A model generated the notes under the pieces. The model searched no databases and had not been told where the DNA came from. It saw nothing but the letters and a program-made list of their open reading frames with translations. Source: Chthoniobacteraceae bacterium (GTDB lineage: Bacteria; Verrucomicrobiota; Verrucomicrobiia; Chthoniobacterales; Chthoniobacteraceae). From it: a stretch of DNA of 64,000 bases. Of the stretch, positions 27,301 through 36,749 are shown piece after piece (positions within the stretch are counted from its first letter, which is position 1; each line of letters starts with the position of its first letter). The stretch lies in assembly GCA_031409655.1 (NCBI GenBank), contig JANNXQ010000195.1, positions 57,251 to 121,250 of the forward strand, given 5' to 3'. A program made the position numbers and the translations under genes.

Positions 27301-28377
27301 ATGGAAATCCTCTGCCTCGGCCTCAGCCATCACACTGCGCCCATCGAAGTGCGCGAGAGATTTGCCGTGCCGGACGCCGAACTGGGCCCGGCCGCGGCGC
27401 AGCTCGCGAAGGCGACTGGGGTCAGCGAGGCGGTGATCGTCTCGACCTGCAATCGCGTGGAATACTACGTCGCCGCGGAGGACGCTGCGGCGGGGTTCGA
27501 TGCCGTCCGGAATTTCGTCGCAGCGCGCGTGGCGACGCCGGAGGGCGAGGCCTTTTTCCGCCACGCGACGGGGCAGAGCATCCGCCACCTTTTCCGCGTC
27601 GTCGGTGGCTTGGAGTCGATGGTGCTCGGTGAGACCGAGATCCTCGGCCAGGTGAAAAAAGCCTATCTGGCCGCGCAGACCGGCGGCGCCACTTCGCGGC
27701 ATCTGAACAAGCTTTTCCAACGCGCCTTCAACGTCGCCAAAGAGGTGCGCACAAATACGAACATCACGCGCGGCAGCGTCAGCGTCGGCAGCGCCGCGGT
27801 GGAGCTGGCGGAGAAAATTTTTGGCAAGCTCCAGCACTGCCACGTCATGATCCTCGGCGCGGGCGAGACCAGCGAACTGACGGCCGGCGCGCTCCATGCG
27901 CGGGGTGTGAAGTCGATCTTCGTCGCGAATCGGAGTTACGATCGGGCCGCTGCACTCGCGGAGAAAATGGGTGGTAAGGCGATTCACTTCGATGGCTGGC
28001 AGGCGGAGTTTCACGACGTGGATATTCTCATCGGCTCGACCGCCGCGCCGCATCACGTCCTTACGGCTGCTCAGCTCGCACCCATCATGCGCCAGCGCCC
28101 GGATCGTCCGCTTTTTTGCATCGACCTCGCCGTGCCGCGCGACATCGACCCCGCAGCCAATGACCTCGACGGAGTTTATGTTTATGACATCGATTCGCTC
28201 CAGGCCATCGCCAGCCACTCGATGAATATCCGCCGCCAGGAAGTGACGATCTGCGAACAAATGATCGAGCGGCACGTCGTGGAGTTTGGTGAATGGCTCG
28301 CTGGCGGCAGCACCCAGGCGGGATTGCGCTACTCCAGTGCGGTGAGCGGCAGTGCTCCGGAGGGCGTGAAACCGTGA
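27301..28377 (+). CDS. hemA: Glutamyl-tRNA reductase
   Basis: 'GLSHHTAPIEVRE', catalytic STCNRVE, 'SMVLGETEILGQVK', 'GAGE', 'DLAVPRDID'. Confidence 0.96.
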   Translation: MEILCLGLSHHTAPIEVRERFAVPDAELGPAAAQLAKATGVSEAVIVSTCNRVEYYVAAEDAAAGFDAVRNFVAARVATPEGEAFFRHATGQSIRHLFRVVGGLESMVLGETEILGQVKKAYLAAQTGGATSRHLNKLFQRAFNVAKEVRTNTNITRGSVSVGSAAVELAEKIFGKLQHCHVMILGAGETSELTAGALHARGVKSIFVANRSYDRAAALAEKMGGKAIHFDGWQAEFHDVDILIGSTAAPHHVLTAAQLAPIMRQRPDRPLFCIDLAVPRDIDPAANDLDGVYVYDIDSLQAIASHSMNIRRQEVTICEQMIERHVVEFGEWLAGGSTQAGLRYSSAVSGSAPEGVKP

Positions 28378-28430
28378 GGCAGGAGAAGTGTGAGGGATTT
28401 GAGGCGCCGCGCGTGCTTTGCGGGACGGAG

Positions 28431-28528
28431 AAACGCCAAACTTCAAACTTCAAATTTCAAACGCCAAACGGTGGGCGTGCGTGCTCTGGAAAATTTGGCG
28501 TTTGGCGTTTGGCGTTTGAAGTTTGGCG
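28431..28528. repeat. Heptamer inverted tandem repeat (AAACGCC/AAACTTC)n ... (GTTTGGC/GTTTGAA)n
   Basis: Read directly between hemA and hemC. Confidence 0.9.
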
Positions 28529-28573
28529 CTCCTTTGTCGGGTTCTCGGCGCCGGGGCATTTGCTTTTCCGCCC

Positions 28574-29506
28574 ATGAACACCTTCCACCTTGGCACCCGC
28601 GGTTCCGCCCTCGCCCTGGCCCAAGCCGAACTCACGGAACGCGCCCTCGCCCTCGCCCTCCCGCAGCTCCCGACCGAGCGGAAAATCTTCATTACGCGCG
28701 GCGACAAGAAGCTCGATCTGAGCCTTCTCAAAGCGAACGAGGCCGGCGGCAAAGGCCTTTTCACCAAGGAACTCGAAGACGCGCTGCTCCGGGGCGAGAT
28801 CGATGTTGCCGTGCATTCGCTCAAGGATCTGCCTGGCCATAATCCGCCGGGACTCGACATCACCGCCGTGCTCCCGCGGGCCCCGACCGCGGATGTGCTC
28901 ATCGCCAAAACCGCCGGAGGTTTCGACGCGCTGCCCCACGGCGCGCGCCTTGGCACCAGCAGCGTCCGCCGCGCGCGGCAACTCCGCTGGCTGCGCCCCG
29001 ATCTCCAGATCCAGGAATGGCGCGGCAATGTGCAGACGCGCCTGCGCAAACTCGCGGCGGCGGAAGACATCGCTGGCATTCTCCTCGCGCAGGCTGGCCT
29101 GGAGCGCCTCGGCTTCGACTTAAAGGATGGGGCCCTCGTCTTTGAGGAAACAGTCTTCCACATTGATCCACTCGGCGGGCGATTGCTGCCGGCGATCGGG
29201 CAGGGAGCCATTGCCCTTCAAAGCCGGGCTGATCGCCCCGAAGTCCGCGCGATTTTGGAAAAGATCGATCACCGCGAAACGCACATCGCCATCCGCGCCG
29301 AACGCGAATTGCAGCGCCTGCTTTCCGGCGACTGCGCCATGCCCGTCGGTGCTCTCACGACCCTGCGCGGCGACCGGCTCCATTTGCGCGCGATCCTTTT
29401 CCCCGCCGACGAAGCGCACTCCCCGAAGCTCGCGGAGGCGGAGGGCGCAGCCACCACGCCGGAGTCGGTCGCGGCCGCGGTCTTCGCGCAACTCGAGGCG
29501 AAGTAG
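28574..29506 (+). CDS. hemC: Hydroxymethylbilane synthase (porphobilinogen deaminase)
   Basis: 'GTRGSALALAQ', 'GKGLFTKELE', 'AVHSLKD', 'GTSSVRR', 'RGNVQTRL', cofactor Cys in GDCAMP. Confidence 0.96.
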   Translation: MNTFHLGTRGSALALAQAELTERALALALPQLPTERKIFITRGDKKLDLSLLKANEAGGKGLFTKELEDALLRGEIDVAVHSLKDLPGHNPPGLDITAVLPRAPTADVLIAKTAGGFDALPHGARLGTSSVRRARQLRWLRPDLQIQEWRGNVQTRLRKLAAAEDIAGILLAQAGLERLGFDLKDGALVFEETVFHIDPLGGRLLPAIGQGAIALQSRADRPEVRAILEKIDHRETHIAIRAERELQRLLSGDCAMPVGALTTLRGDRLHLRAILFPADEAHSPKLAEAEGAATTPESVAAAVFAQLEAK

Positions 29507-29515
29507 CGCGCCTGG

Positions 29516-32500
29516 CTACGGCGTCCAGGTAGTCTTCACGCGGAGGAACTGTTCCGGCACGGCGCTGAGTAAGTGGGTCGTGCGGATCGTGACGCGATCG
29601 AATGCGCCCTGATCGACAACACTCGTTTCTACGGTCGCGCCGGGCGAGGGATCCCAGACCATCAACGCGGTGGACACTTCCACCGTGTAAGTAAGATCAT
29701 AGGCATTCTTGCGGCGGGAGTAAGTCAGGGTCGGATAACCCCCCTCGATCGCGACGAAAGGCGCCAAGGCCGTGCTGCTCCGGTGCGGGTCGCCGTCGAA
29801 GGCGTATTCGAGCAGGTTCGTCCAGCCATCGCGCTCGGCGTCGGCGTTGATTCCGCTGATCGCGTCATTCAGCAATTCAGCCGCGCTGAATTTGGTGGAT
29901 TGCCAGACCTCGAAGGTCGGCGGCGTGCTCGAGAAGTTGAGCACGAGATTGTTGCCGCTGACCGTGAGGATAAAGCCACCGACGAAGAGGTCGTTGTTAT
30001 TCGCGAAGTTTGTCGTCTGGAGCAGGAACTTGGAGCGATCGAAGCCCACAATGCCTCCAGAGGCAGTCGCGATGATCCAGGAGTTGTTCGCCGCATTGTT
30101 AAAGGTCGGGACGACGCCGGGCACGTTTGCGGCCGTGAGGCCGGTGATATCGATCACGAAACGCTCGCTGGACGTCGCGGTGATCGTGAGCGGCCCGTTG
30201 ATGTTGTGCCAATCGCTGCCGGAGGGGCCGCCTTGAGTGTCATTGGCGTGATTGATTTGCCACTGATAGGCACCACCGGGGGCGTAGGTGGCCGCACCGG
30301 TGGTCATCTTTCCGACGAATGAGCCAGGGGCGAAGGTGGCGCCTTGCTGGATGGTAAGCGCGCCTGCGAGCGTGCCCGTTCCGGTGAAAGTGCCACCCTC
30401 GAGGGTTGTCGGTCCGGAGAAGGTCGCACCAGTGGGGAAGGTCAGGGTTCCGGTCCCCGTTTTGATGATGGCTCCAGTGCCGGTGATGGTGCCGGAAAGA
30501 TTGCCGCTGCCGAGAGTGAGGCTGGCGCTGCCGAGTTGCACGGCGCCGCCGCCGGTGAGTGCGGCGATCGTTTGGTCGAAGTCATTCAGGTCGAGCGTGG
30601 TGCCTGGGAGGAAGCCGATGACGGAGCCAGCGGGCAGCGTATTGACCGCCCCTGCTTGCAATGTTCCGGCGGTGATCGCGAGCGGCCCGGAGTAAGTATT
30701 GGCCCCGGAGAAAATCATCATCCCCGTGCCGATCTTCTCCAGGCTCATGATACCGCCGTAGCCACCGTTATTCGCAATCGCGCCGCTGAAATCGACGGTC
30801 GTCCCAGACTCCGCCCGCAATTGCAGCAGACGGTGGCGATTGTCGCCGCTCGTTCCGAGCAAAAGGTTTCCGGAAAAGACGGCGTTGCCTGCGGTGATCG
30901 CGTCGGGAGCGATGCTGTTGCCGACGATCGCCGCGCCCCCGCTGCCGGAGAGCACATCGATGGCGCGCGGGATGGTGATGGAGCCGGTGCTGTTACTGGC
31001 AAAGACGCCGGTACTCGCATTGCCGCTGCGTCCTCCGAGCAAGACGTAAGCTCCCTCCGCAGCGCCGAGCCCAGCTCCGTTGTTGGTCAGCAGCGCGCCT
31101 TCCGCAAGGATGAGTCCGCCGGTGAAGGTGTTGTTGCCGGTGAGTTCGAGGATGCCATTCCCGGTCTTTAGTAAGTCGGAATACAACCCACCCGAGATCG
31201 CTCCGGACAGACGCGCAAAGTCACTCGTCGAGTCGGGATTATCGATCACGCAAATTTCCCGTGCGCGATAGTTCGGGAGCACGCTGGGGCTGGTGAGGTT
31301 GAGATTGTCGATGAAGGTGATGCGGCGGTCGGCGCGGGCTGAGCCAAGGATCAGGGCGTGGCTGGGATCAATAAAGTACGGTTGCTCCCAAGTAAGGGTA
31401 CTCACGCCGGCACCGTTGAAATCCACGGATGCGTGGGCCCCCACGGCGGCAAAGCCTCCGCTGCCTTTGTCTTCCTTCGAGAGCCCCGTAACGATCGGCG
31501 TGCCGGTGTCGTCCCCGCGCCAATTCAGGTTCCCATTGGCGATCCCGAGCGTGGGGTTGTAGGTGCCGCCGCCGATCAACTCGATGACGCCGCCGCGGAG
31601 TTCGACCCGGCCGCCTGGCAGGCTGGTGCCAGGCGTGGCGCGGATGGTGCCGGCATTGATCGTGAACGGACGGAGTAACGTGGAGTTGGCGGGATGGGTC
31701 AGAATCAGCGTGCCTTCGCCGGCTTTGGTCACGGCATTCGTCGCGGTGGAGACGCCGACGGCGAGCGAGGCTTCAATCGTCAGCGCGGCACTCTGCACAT
31801 GGATGTAACGGGCGCCACCGGGACCGGTCAGTCCCCCGGTGCCGCCTCCGGTATTCGTGATGGCGTAGTCGGTGTTGCCGCGGAGGAGAAGGCCATTGGT
31901 GGAAAGGGAGCCCGTCGAAGTAATGGCGAGACTTTGCCCAGGGGCGCTCGGCGCGAGGACGAGGGAGTTCAGCGAGAAGGTGAGGGCACTCGCGATGGTC
32001 CCGGAGCCCGCGAGGAGCGCGTTACCGGTCGGCGAGGACGAGGCGGGGAAAGAGGCGGTGGCGGCTGCGCCGATACCATTCGCGCCATGGGTGGCGAAGC
32101 CCGCGCCATGCACGGTGGCCCAGCCGACGGAGCTATCTGCCGAGACATTGCTCCGCGAGAGCAGGTTATTAAAGAGAAACGGCAGGCCGAAGACGATCCG
32201 CGGTACGTTGCCTGATTGGCCGAGAGTGAGCGTCGCGCCCGCGGTATTTGTGGCGGTGAAATCCACGGTGGTCCGGGGCGCGCTGGCGCTGTCCCGCGAG
32301 TAGTTCGCGATATTCAACACCGTAGCCGCCGTGACCCCGGCGCGATGGACCACTCCCACCTTGAGCGCTCCGGCCCGGGTTTGGGTGGCGCTGCCGAGTT
32401 GCAGGCGGGCGACCGTTTCCGTAGTCCCCGCAGTATGACCGATTAGTTGGAACTCGCCGCCGCCGCCGACCTCGATGCCAGTCGCTCCGCTGTCGCGCAG

Positions 32501-33511
32501 TCGATTGGTGATGTTGAGCGTCGCATTATCGAGCACAAAACTTCCGCCCTGGAGCACGACGGCGGCGGCGGTCGAGGTCGCCAGAGAGGTGTTCCCGCTA
32601 AAGATCAGCGTGGCTCCGCGACCGGCCACGACATCGCCATTCACGGCGAGCGGACCACTGAAAGTTTGCGTGCTCGTCCCGCGGATCACCACTGCGCCCG
32701 CGTTGGTGCCGGGGGCTGTGGCCGAGTTACCCAGGCTGCCGGCAAAGGTCGCGTCGTCGAGCATGAGGAGGAGAATGTTTTGGCCATTTCCCGTCGTCGC
32801 ATCGCGGGCGAGGACTGCGCCGCTGTTCCCGGATAGTTCGCCGCTGCTCAGCTCGGAGTTACAGCCGAGCGTCGAGGAGCCGTTCAAGGTGATGCGATTG
32901 GCGCGCAGCGCAGTGCGTCCGGTATCGCCGTCGTTGCTGAAGCGCAGGTCGCCGCCGATCAGAGTAAAGCCGCCGTGGAAAGTATTCCCTGAAGGCGTGC
33001 CCGGAGCCGGACTACCCAGGCGATAAGGACTTGGCCCTGATCTCGTGATCAGCCCCGCACCGCTCAAGGCACCATTCAAAACCACGCTCCCCAAACCAGT
33101 CCCGGCGAAGGTCATCGGCTTCGCCACATCCAGCGCGGCGTCGATCGTAAAAGCCCCCGAGCGATTCTGCGAGATCTGCGCACCGAGACCGCCAAAGCGC
33201 AGCGCATTCCCCGCGATCTTCTGCGCTACGCTGCTCGTGCTATTGAGTTGCAGACCGCCTAGTAAGAACGGCGCGGGTGCGAGGTCATTGGTCGTTGTGT
33301 AAGTCGCGGCGCCGCTTCCGCCAAAATCTAGCACGGTGCTAGTGCCACTGATGGGGACGGAGGCTGGCGACCAATCTCCGCCCACGCTCCAGTTGTCCGT
33401 TACGTTACTCCAAAGGCTCGTCGCGCTGTGGGCGCGCAGCACTGCCGACCAGAGCAAGACCATCTGCAGTAAGGATCGGGTGAGACGTGAAACTCTCGAT
33501 GAGGACAACAT
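29516..33511 (-). CDS. Large secreted beta-helical protein with passenger-associated repeats, no autotransporter barrel
   Basis: Repeated 'K.G.GTL.L.G.NT..G...I..GTL'; signal peptide; C-terminal 'NLLEYAF...FLRVK' domain. Confidence 0.88.
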   Translation of the reverse strand: MLSSSRVSRLTRSLLQMVLLWSAVLRAHSATSLWSNVTDNWSVGGDWSPASVPISGTSTVLDFGGSGAATYTTTNDLAPAPFLLGGLQLNSTSSVAQKIAGNALRFGGLGAQISQNRSGAFTIDAALDVAKPMTFAGTGLGSVVLNGALSGAGLITRSGPSPYRLGSPAPGTPSGNTFHGGFTLIGGDLRFSNDGDTGRTALRANRITLNGSSTLGCNSELSSGELSGNSGAVLARDATTGNGQNILLLMLDDATFAGSLGNSATAPGTNAGAVVIRGTSTQTFSGPLAVNGDVVAGRGATLIFSGNTSLATSTAAAVVLQGGSFVLDNATLNITNRLRDSGATGIEVGGGGEFQLIGHTAGTTETVARLQLGSATQTRAGALKVGVVHRAGVTAATVLNIANYSRDSASAPRTTVDFTATNTAGATLTLGQSGNVPRIVFGLPFLFNNLLSRSNVSADSSVGWATVHGAGFATHGANGIGAAATASFPASSSPTGNALLAGSGTIASALTFSLNSLVLAPSAPGQSLAITSTGSLSTNGLLLRGNTDYAITNTGGGTGGLTGPGGARYIHVQSAALTIEASLAVGVSTATNAVTKAGEGTLILTHPANSTLLRPFTINAGTIRATPGTSLPGGRVELRGGVIELIGGGTYNPTLGIANGNLNWRGDDTGTPIVTGLSKEDKGSGGFAAVGAHASVDFNGAGVSTLTWEQPYFIDPSHALILGSARADRRITFIDNLNLTSPSVLPNYRAREICVIDNPDSTSDFARLSGAISGGLYSDLLKTGNGILELTGNNTFTGGLILAEGALLTNNGAGLGAAEGAYVLLGGRSGNASTGVFASNSTGSITIPRAIDVLSGSGGAAIVGNSIAPDAITAGNAVFSGNLLLGTSGDNRHRLLQLRAESGTTVDFSGAIANNGGYGGIMSLEKIGTGMMIFSGANTYSGPLAITAGTLQAGAVNTLPAGSVIGFLPGTTLDLNDFDQTIAALTGGGAVQLGSASLTLGSGNLSGTITGTGAIIKTGTGTLTFPTGATFSGPTTLEGGTFTGTGTLAGALTIQQGATFAPGSFVGKMTTGAATYAPGGAYQWQINHANDTQGGPSGSDWHNINGPLTITATSSERFVIDITGLTAANVPGVVPTFNNAANNSWIIATASGGIVGFDRSKFLLQTTNFANNNDLFVGGFILTVSGNNLVLNFSSTPPTFEVWQSTKFSAAELLNDAISGINADAERDGWTNLLEYAFDGDPHRSSTALAPFVAIEGGYPTLTYSRRKNAYDLTYTVEVSTALMVWDPSPGATVETSVVDQGAFDRVTIRTTHLLSAVPEQFLRVKTTWTP

Positions 33512-33591
33512 AGGACGGATGCATGAAGCCGCTCGCGCGAATCTACGAGGACAGGCTGGAAGCCTGCGCCACGACTTGGGGGGCTGCGCTC

Positions 33592-34671
33592 TTACTCGAT
33601 GCGCTTCGCCATCGCCTGCGCAGTGAGGCAGAGCTCGGCGGCGCGGAAGGCGTGCTCCTGGGTCATCGCGTTTTCGGTCCGGTTCAGGCAGTCGAGGATG
33701 AGCTGGCCGAAAAAGGGGAACCCCACTTCGCCATGGCAGCGGATGTGGTGCTCACCTTTGCCATCCACGAGATAAAGCTGATCACCCTCCGTCTCGCGCG
33801 CCACGTCGAGATACTTGCGCAACTCGATGTAACCTTCAGTGCCGAGGATGAAGGCGCGGCCATCACCCCAGGTGCTGAGGCCCTGCGGATTCAGCCAGTC
33901 GATGCGGATGTAATTCGTCGCGCCATTGTCCGCCAGGAGGTTCGCTTCACCCCAATCTTCGAACTCGGGATACTGTTTGTGATGATAGTTCGCCACGGCC
34001 GCGTGGACGACTTTTACGTTCTTCGCGCCGGTCCAGGAGAGGAATTGCTCGAAGTGATGTGAGCCGATGTCGGTGAGGATGCCGCCCGTTTTTTCCTGCG
34101 ACCAAAACCACGCGGGCCGGCTCGCTGGCGCGCTGCGATGCGGCCCGATCCCGAGCACCTGCACCACCCGCCCGATCGCGCCTTGCTCGATGAGTTGCCC
34201 CGCGCGCACCGCGCACTCCACGTGCAGTCGTTCGCTGAAATAGACCATGTACTTCCGCTTCGTCGCTGCCACCGCCGCGCGTGCCGCCGCGAGTTGGTCG
34301 AGCGTCGTGAAGGGTGTCTTGTCGGTGAAATAGTCTTTGCCCGCCGCCATCACGCGCAGTCCCAATGGCCCGCGCTCGCTCGGCACTGCCGCCCCGGCGA
34401 CGAGCTTGATCTCATCTTTCTCCAGCACCGCTGCCTCGCTCGAGAGCGGCTGCACGCCGGGAAAGGCGGCGCAGAATTTCTCCACCTTCACCGGGTCGGG
34501 ATCATAGACGTAGCGCAGCTCGCCGCCTGCTTCGGTGAGACCTTTGCACTGGCCGTAGATGTGTCCGTGATCGAGGGCGATCGCGGCGAAAGGAAATTCG
34601 CCCTTCTCCACGACGGGCGACGGTTTGCCCTCGGGCGCGTAGTTCATGCCGTCTGCTTTTTGGTGAGCCAT
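33592..34671 (-). CDS. Gfo/Idh/MocA family oxidoreductase
   Basis: 'LDHGHIYG', 'DYFTDKTP', 'GGILTDIGSH'. Confidence 0.9.
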   Translation of the reverse strand: MAHQKADGMNYAPEGKPSPVVEKGEFPFAAIALDHGHIYGQCKGLTEAGGELRYVYDPDPVKVEKFCAAFPGVQPLSSEAAVLEKDEIKLVAGAAVPSERGPLGLRVMAAGKDYFTDKTPFTTLDQLAAARAAVAATKRKYMVYFSERLHVECAVRAGQLIEQGAIGRVVQVLGIGPHRSAPASRPAWFWSQEKTGGILTDIGSHHFEQFLSWTGAKNVKVVHAAVANYHHKQYPEFEDWGEANLLADNGATNYIRIDWLNPQGLSTWGDGRAFILGTEGYIELRKYLDVARETEGDQLYLVDGKGEHHIRCHGEVGFPFFGQLILDCLNRTENAMTQEHAFRAAELCLTAQAMAKRIE

Positions 34672-34780
34672 AGAGAGCGTACCTTGCCGGAGCGCCCGCC
34701 GTCCTTCCACGGAAATTTCGCGCATCCTCGCGGCAATCGCCGCCTGCCGCGCCCGACTGATGGCGCCGGGTTTTGGTTAA

Positions 34781-34896
34781 AAACGCAGAGGCGCGGAGTC
34801 GCAGAGGTCGCAGAGCAGAAGGCCGGTGAGGAAGGCTCGCGCGGTTTGCTGCGGTGATATTCTGACCGCCTGCGCGGCCTCAGAGTCTCTGCGTTT
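34781..34896. repeat. Short-period CGCAGAG-type repeat hairpin
   Basis: AAACGCAGAG (34781) pairs with CTCTGCGTTT (34887); several CGC(A/G)GAG units in the left arm. Confidence 0.7.
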
Positions 34897-34934
34897 CAAA
34901 ATCCTTACCGCCCCTTCCGCTTCAGAGATCCGGT

Positions 34935-35471
34935 TTACAGCCCCTCGGGATGGCGCGCCGTAAAGCCCGCAGGCGACCGTGGCTCCACCCGCCAGCGGGG
35001 ACCTTCGTCGCCGCGACGGCCGGTCGTATCCAGCCGCAGTCCGGCGACGGTGGCGAAGGTGTGGCCTTTTCTTGCATACACGGTGATCCAACGGCCGGGA
35101 CCGGGATTGCCAAATTGCGCGAGTTCGCGCGAGGCGGCGGGTCGCTCGATGGCGTCGGCGTGGTGGAGGAGGAAGGAGACCGTGCCCGAGCAATCGTACC
35201 CTTTGTCGTAAAAGCTGCCGTGACCGCCGCCCCAGACGTAGGGCTTGCGGGTCAGGTGATTGGTCGCCCAGATCGCCCGTTTCACCGGCAGCGGCGCATT
35301 TTCCGGCGCGTAGGCGATGCCGCCGCGGACGATGGCTCGGCTGCCGGGCACGGTCGGGCCTTTGTTTGGCGGCGTAGCGGAAGTGTAGGCCGCATCGCCG
35401 GAAGGCGGGACGGCGAAAAGCACAGTGGCTGCGGTGAGGAGCGAGAGCGGAGAGAAGCGCTTCCAGTTCAT
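34935..35471 (-). CDS. NlpC/P60-like peptidoglycan endopeptidase
   Basis: Signal peptide, 'PYVWGGGH', 'GYDCSG', 'GHTF'. Confidence 0.85.
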   Translation of the reverse strand: MNWKRFSPLSLLTAATVLFAVPPSGDAAYTSATPPNKGPTVPGSRAIVRGGIAYAPENAPLPVKRAIWATNHLTRKPYVWGGGHGSFYDKGYDCSGTVSFLLHHADAIERPAASRELAQFGNPGPGRWITVYARKGHTFATVAGLRLDTTGRRGDEGPRWRVEPRSPAGFTARHPEGL

Positions 35472-35572
35472 GCCATCGTCGCAGGTGCAGAAACTGCACC
35501 GTATCCGGAGAAAAGTTTGAATTTCCATAATCACTCCGCGAAGCCGCGCCCCCGCCGAAGCCACCAACCCGC

Positions 35573-36571
35573 ATGCTCGTCGATCTTCTTGAATACCTGA
35601 TCACCCCCTGCTCCTGGCAGGCGCGGTCGGTCGGTTTCCTCACCTCCAGCCTCCAGGTGCAGGCCCGCTACCGCCGCTGCCGCCGCGCCTGGCAGCCGCA
35701 TCTCGATCGCACCCGGAGCGTCATCCTCGACGCCGCGCAGTCCTGCGCGCAGCGGCGCAAAGTAGTGATTCTTGGTGCCGGTCTGCTCCACGACATCCCG
35801 CTGCGCGAACTCTCCGCGCTCTTCCGCGAAGTCGTCCTCGTGGACCTCGTCTTCCCCTGGTCCAGCCGTCTCACCGCTGCCCGCTTCCGCAATGTCCGCT
35901 GCCTCGCCACCGACATCACCGGCACCATCGACGCCCTCGCTGAAGCCGCCCGCGATCCCGCGCTGCCGCTCCCACACTCCGCGCCCACTTTATTTCAAAA
36001 CGACCCCGACCTCGACCTCACCGTCTCCGTCAATCTCCTCTCGCAACTACCCTTTATTCCCAAGCGCTACCTCCAGCGCAAAAGTTTCCGCCCAGCGCGC
36101 AGCGAAGCCTCCCTGCAAACGTGGTCGCGCCACCTTCAAGACGCCCACCTCGCCTACCTGCAAAGTCTGCCCGGTCACATCACCCTGATCACCGACATCG
36201 CAGGCACTCGGCACACCCGCGACGGAGCCATCGTCGAGCGCTGGGACAATCTCCACGGCCTGGAACTACCCACCCCAAGCGCGACATGGGAATGGCCCCT
36301 CGCCCCAGCGCCGGAGTCCGATCCGGAATTCGACCATGTCGTGAAGGTCGCCGCATTTTCCGAGTGGAAGAGCACCCGATGCGAGAGATTGATCTGTCGC
36401 GCGGCGCCAGTAGAACGCCCGCGCACCATCCTTTGTGAAATGGGGCGGCGTCCTTTGGCGTTCGCCGTTCGCCGTTTGGAGTTTGGTGTTAGGAGTTTGA
36501 AGTTTAGCCCCGCGCAATGGCCTCGCGATTCTCACCCGCCATCCGAAGCGACGGCGCCTGCGGCGGGCTAA
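35573..36571 (+). CDS. Hypothetical protein (methyltransferase-like fold possible) with repeat-derived C-terminal tail
   Basis: 'VVILGAGLLHDIP', 'VVLVD', 'SVNLLSQLP'; last codons run through a heptamer repeat. Confidence 0.65.
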   Translation: MLVDLLEYLITPCSWQARSVGFLTSSLQVQARYRRCRRAWQPHLDRTRSVILDAAQSCAQRRKVVILGAGLLHDIPLRELSALFREVVLVDLVFPWSSRLTAARFRNVRCLATDITGTIDALAEAARDPALPLPHSAPTLFQNDPDLDLTVSVNLLSQLPFIPKRYLQRKSFRPARSEASLQTWSRHLQDAHLAYLQSLPGHITLITDIAGTRHTRDGAIVERWDNLHGLELPTPSATWEWPLAPAPESDPEFDHVVKVAAFSEWKSTRCERLICRAAPVERPRTILCEMGRRPLAFAVRRLEFGVRSLKFSPAQWPRDSHPPSEATAPAAG

Positions 36572-36589
36572 ACTCCAAACACCAAAGGA
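36451..36589. repeat. Heptamer inverted tandem repeat (GTTTGGA-type)n ... (AAACTCC/AAACACC)n
   Basis: TCCTTTGG...CCAAAGGA outer and AGTTTAGCCC...GGGCTAAACT inner inverted pairs. Confidence 0.8.
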
Positions 36590-36749
36590 TGATACTGCTC
36601 CATTTTCCCAAAACTCGATGCGGGGCAGGAGAGCGCCTGAAAGGTGACCCAGCGGCGTTCCCGATCGGGCGGGCGATCGGGGCAGCATGCGGGGCCGCCT
36701 TCCGGCATTTTGCTTGAAAGGGGAGGCGGGCGCTTCTCCACTGCGGGTC

